Origin: an uncultured Thermoanaerobacterales bacterium
GTDB taxonomy: Bacteria > Bacillota > Clostridia > Christensenellales > UBA1242
NCBI GenBank assembly: GCA_949840475.1
Contig: CATKXA010000002.1
Span: 1 to 37,507 of the forward strand
DNA: 37,507 bases
Direction of reading: 5' to 3'
Position 1 is the first letter of the stretch. Each line of letters opens with the position of its first letter. Positions 35,506 through 37,507 of the stretch are shown here, piece by piece. The translations under genes were made by a program, and so were the position numbers. The notes beneath the pieces were generated by a model. The model saw only the letters and a program-made list of their open reading frames with translations, did no database searches and had not been told where the DNA came from.

Positions 35506-36396
35506 TTATTGTTTGTATACTTTTTTGATAATGTAGCCAACAAACTTTTCGGCTTGATTTATGCCTGTAAGTTGCTCATTTATCTCAATTCCGCCGGCAT
35601 TTGCATTTACTTCGCAGAGAAGAGGTTTGCCGTCTTCAGTGTTGAAAAAGTCAACCGCACAATGCTCTAATCCGAGTATTTTGGTAACTTTTATGGCAAT
35701 TTGCTTTTGTTCTTGTGTGGCCTCAAATTTAATTGCACAACCGCCACTTGATACATTACTTATAAAGCTATTCGAATTTTTTCTCATAATAGAGAATATC
35801 ACTTTGCCACCGACAACCATAACGCGAATGTCTATACCGGGATTATCATGAATAAACTCTTGATATAAATAAGCTTCTTGACCGATATTTTTAATAAAAC
35901 TATCAAATTCATTTCTATTGTTTATAATCGTAACACCTTTTCCGCCGTAGCCAAAGGTTGGTTTTGCTACAAAAGGATAGCCTAAATAAGCTTCAACTTT
36001 ATTTTTAAATTCTTCGCTTCGTTTATACTCCGCAAGATTTAATCCGTCAAAGTCAGTATTTCCTGATAAGGTTTTAGGAAGGGGAATGTTGTTTTCGGCA
36101 AGCTTAACAAAAGTCAAAAACTTATCATCAGAAGAACTCATTGCTTTGTAAGTGTTGAAACATAGTTTTCCTTGCTTTTCAAACAAAGTTGAGATATATT
36201 GATCCTTTACAAGCATTATGCAAAAATCAAATTCGTCGACATTTAGACTTGGTTTGCCGTTATCTATAGCAAGCACGTATTCGTCTATTTGTAATAAATC
36301 AAGCTTTATATTGTGTTTGGCAAAATATTCTGAGTAAATTTTATAAGCACATTCAGTTTGCCACTTTGTAAAACCAATAAGAAGGCCCTTTTTCAT
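35506..36396 (-). CDS. RimK-type ATP-grasp ligase
   Basis: 296 aa, SD aaaggag. GYPFVAKPTFGYGGKGV (P-loop-like), YLYQEFI, DIRVMVVGGKV, AVDFF...PLLCEVNANAG. Confidence 0.88.
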   Translation of the reverse strand: MKKGLLIGFTKWQTECAYKIYSEYFAKHNIKLDLLQIDEYVLAIDNGKPSLNVDEFDFCIMLVKDQYISTLFEKQGKLCFNTYKAMSSSDDKFLTFVKLAENNIPLPKTLSGNTDFDGLNLAEYKRSEEFKNKVEAYLGYPFVAKPTFGYGGKGVTIINNRNEFDSFIKNIGQEAYLYQEFIHDNPGIDIRVMVVGGKVIFSIMRKNSNSFISNVSSGGCAIKFEATQEQKQIAIKVTKILGLEHCAVDFFNTEDGKPLLCEVNANAGGIEINEQLTGINQAEKFVGYIIKKVYKQ

Positions 36397-36448
36397 TTTA
36401 ATCTCCTTTATTAAAAGTATATCATAATATAAAACATAATGTAAATCG

Positions 36449-36505
36449 AAATAAAAATACCTAAGCTAAACAAGGTGTAGCTTGGGTAAAGTTTAGAGGC
36501 AAAGC
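36449..36505 (-). terminator. Terminator module copy 1 (homologous to 37266-37322)
   Basis: Minus strand: gctttgcctctaaacttta cccaagcta caccttgtt tagcttagg tatttttattt. It follows the stop of the 223-aa gene. Confidence 0.7.
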
Positions 36506-36551
36506 ACTGTCGTATCCAACCAAATAGATATTTGTGTTGAGGAGTTAGGAA

Positions 36552-37223
36552 TTATTCGGCTTTAATTATAGAATCAAAGGTTCTGTAAAAATCATTAAAA
36601 TCAACAATTAATTCATTTATTGAAATTCCAATATCGTTATAATATGAATTTTTGTTGTTTTCGTATACAAAAATGCATGGTTCATTTATGCCAATTTTTA
36701 AAGTCATAGTATTAGCTACACAATGCTTAAACCCATTGGATATACTATTAATTTTATGCAAAAAATCTTTATGTTTTAGTAAATATTTAAAACCAACAAA
36801 ATTGACCTTAAAAAGTTCTCCGATCATCTCAAATGGTCTATTTAACTTGCGTTTTGTATCGTAAAATAAGCAATCGCTAGAAATGCTAAGCAAGGAAATA
36901 CAATCATCAATAACTTTTCTCAAGTGCATTATGAATTCTTCTTGTTCAAAATAATTATTAATTAATTTACGCTCCCACTCTTTATGTTTTAATAAAGATA
37001 AATATAAGTTTGATTTATCAATTTCTTTTTCATTAACAAGATATGCCCAGTTACTATACTGTTTTTCCAAAAGTTGATTTATGTACAGCATTCTATTAAC
37101 AATGCTCATATGCTTTAAAATATAGCTAGTAAAAAAATTATACTTTGGTTGATTGTACTTATCTGGCAATTTAGAACAATTATATTCATTGTTAAATATA
37201 TCAAATATGTTTATCTTTTTCAT
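36552..37223 (-). CDS. Hypothetical protein (223 aa)
   Basis: Long AT-rich ORF with no SD. TGtTATAAT ends 6 nt before the ATG, so a leaderless mRNA is possible. Motifs HLRKVIDDCISLL and ISNGFKHCV. Confidence 0.7.
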   Translation of the reverse strand: MKKINIFDIFNNEYNCSKLPDKYNQPKYNFFTSYILKHMSIVNRMLYINQLLEKQYSNWAYLVNEKEIDKSNLYLSLLKHKEWERKLINNYFEQEEFIMHLRKVIDDCISLLSISSDCLFYDTKRKLNRPFEMIGELFKVNFVGFKYLLKHKDFLHKINSISNGFKHCVANTMTLKIGINEPCIFVYENNKNSYYNDIGISINELIVDFNDFYRTFDSIIKAE

Positions 37224-37265
37224 GTACTGATTATAACATATAGTTAATAACTTTACATCTAATTA

Positions 37266-37322
37266 TTTAAAAAATACCCAAACTAAACTAGGTGTTTAGC
37301 TGGGGTAAAGTTTGGAGGAGTA
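37266..37322 (-). terminator. Terminator module copy 2 (homologous to 36449-36505)
   Basis: Minus strand: ttactcctccaaacttta ccccagctaaac accta gtttagtttggg tattttttaaat. Confidence 0.7.
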
Positions 37323-37343
37323 AATGTAACATAAATCTATTTA

Positions 37344-37507
37344 TCATAAACTATCTAAATACAATTGCAACGCTTTGCATTGATAAGGTAGCTTCAATAA
37401 TTGTTTTGCTTCGTCTAATGTCACCCAAATGCTTTGGCAAAATTCCTCAGTTGGTGAATTTTTTGTACCTACCTCAATAATATAAAAATTAGCAAGAGAC
37501 TCCATTG
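37344..37507 (-). CDS. 3' end of a gene continuing beyond the window; the C-terminus resembles a Nudix hydrolase tail
   Basis: Minus-strand frame is open to the window edge: (M)ESLANFYIIEVGTKNSPTEEFCQSIWVTLDEAKQLLKLPYQCKALQLYLDSL*. The 'W(V/I)xLDEAxxLL' ending is common in Nudix proteins. Terminator module copy 2 follows. Confidence 0.35.
   Translation of the reverse strand, partial: MESLANFYIIEVGTKNSPTEEFCQSIWVTLDEAKQLLKLPYQCKALQLYLDSL

Noticed and set aside
36449-37322. Integron attC sites (imperfect palindromes after each same-strand cassette).
   Set aside because: The core sites do not fit RYYYAAC/GTTRRRY. U-runs make them ordinary intrinsic terminators, only two copies exist, and there is no intI or attI.
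37292-37480. 62-aa plus-strand ORF at the window end.
   Set aside because: It starts at a GTG inside the terminator hairpin with no SD. The opposite strand carries an ORF open to the window edge with a plausible Nudix-like C-terminus, followed by that terminator.

Overview
A 37.5-kb low-GC bacterial chromosomal segment; long ORFs stay intact under the standard code. There are three parts.

(1) nt 1-16028 is the 3' part of one giant gene (>5,339 codons, cut by the window edge). It encodes a hyper-repetitive surface protein with about 50 InlB B-repeat / Listeria-Bacteroides-repeat modules and a C-terminal parallel beta-helix.

(2) nt 16.1-28.5 kb is a plus-strand housekeeping block: leuS, two SHOCT-domain membrane proteins, a DAG-kinase-family lipid kinase translationally coupled to an LtaS-family sulfatase, dnaB, glnS, and an unusually short alaS (610 aa, no C-Ala domain). 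A GC-rich, repeat-laden 490-bp spacer interrupts this block before dnaB.

(3) nt 28.5-37.5 kb is a visibly more AT-rich, mixed-orientation accessory region. It holds:
- about 900 bp of non-coding DNA packed with promoter/terminator pairs and candidate small RNAs;
- a 91-aa HNH endonuclease, an 81-aa Cas2-like small protein and an orphan 299-aa protein;
- a family-4-like uracil-DNA glycosylase, a signal-peptide-less GH16 glycosidase, an FMN-reductase-type flavoprotein and a decayed pseudogene;
- a minus-strand run of hypothetical 238 aa / RimK-type ATP-grasp / hypothetical 223 aa / partial Nudix-like gene, with duplicated terminator modules.

No rRNA, tRNA, CRISPR array, transposase or integrase was recognised. 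All function calls rest on motifs read by eye; no database search was possible.
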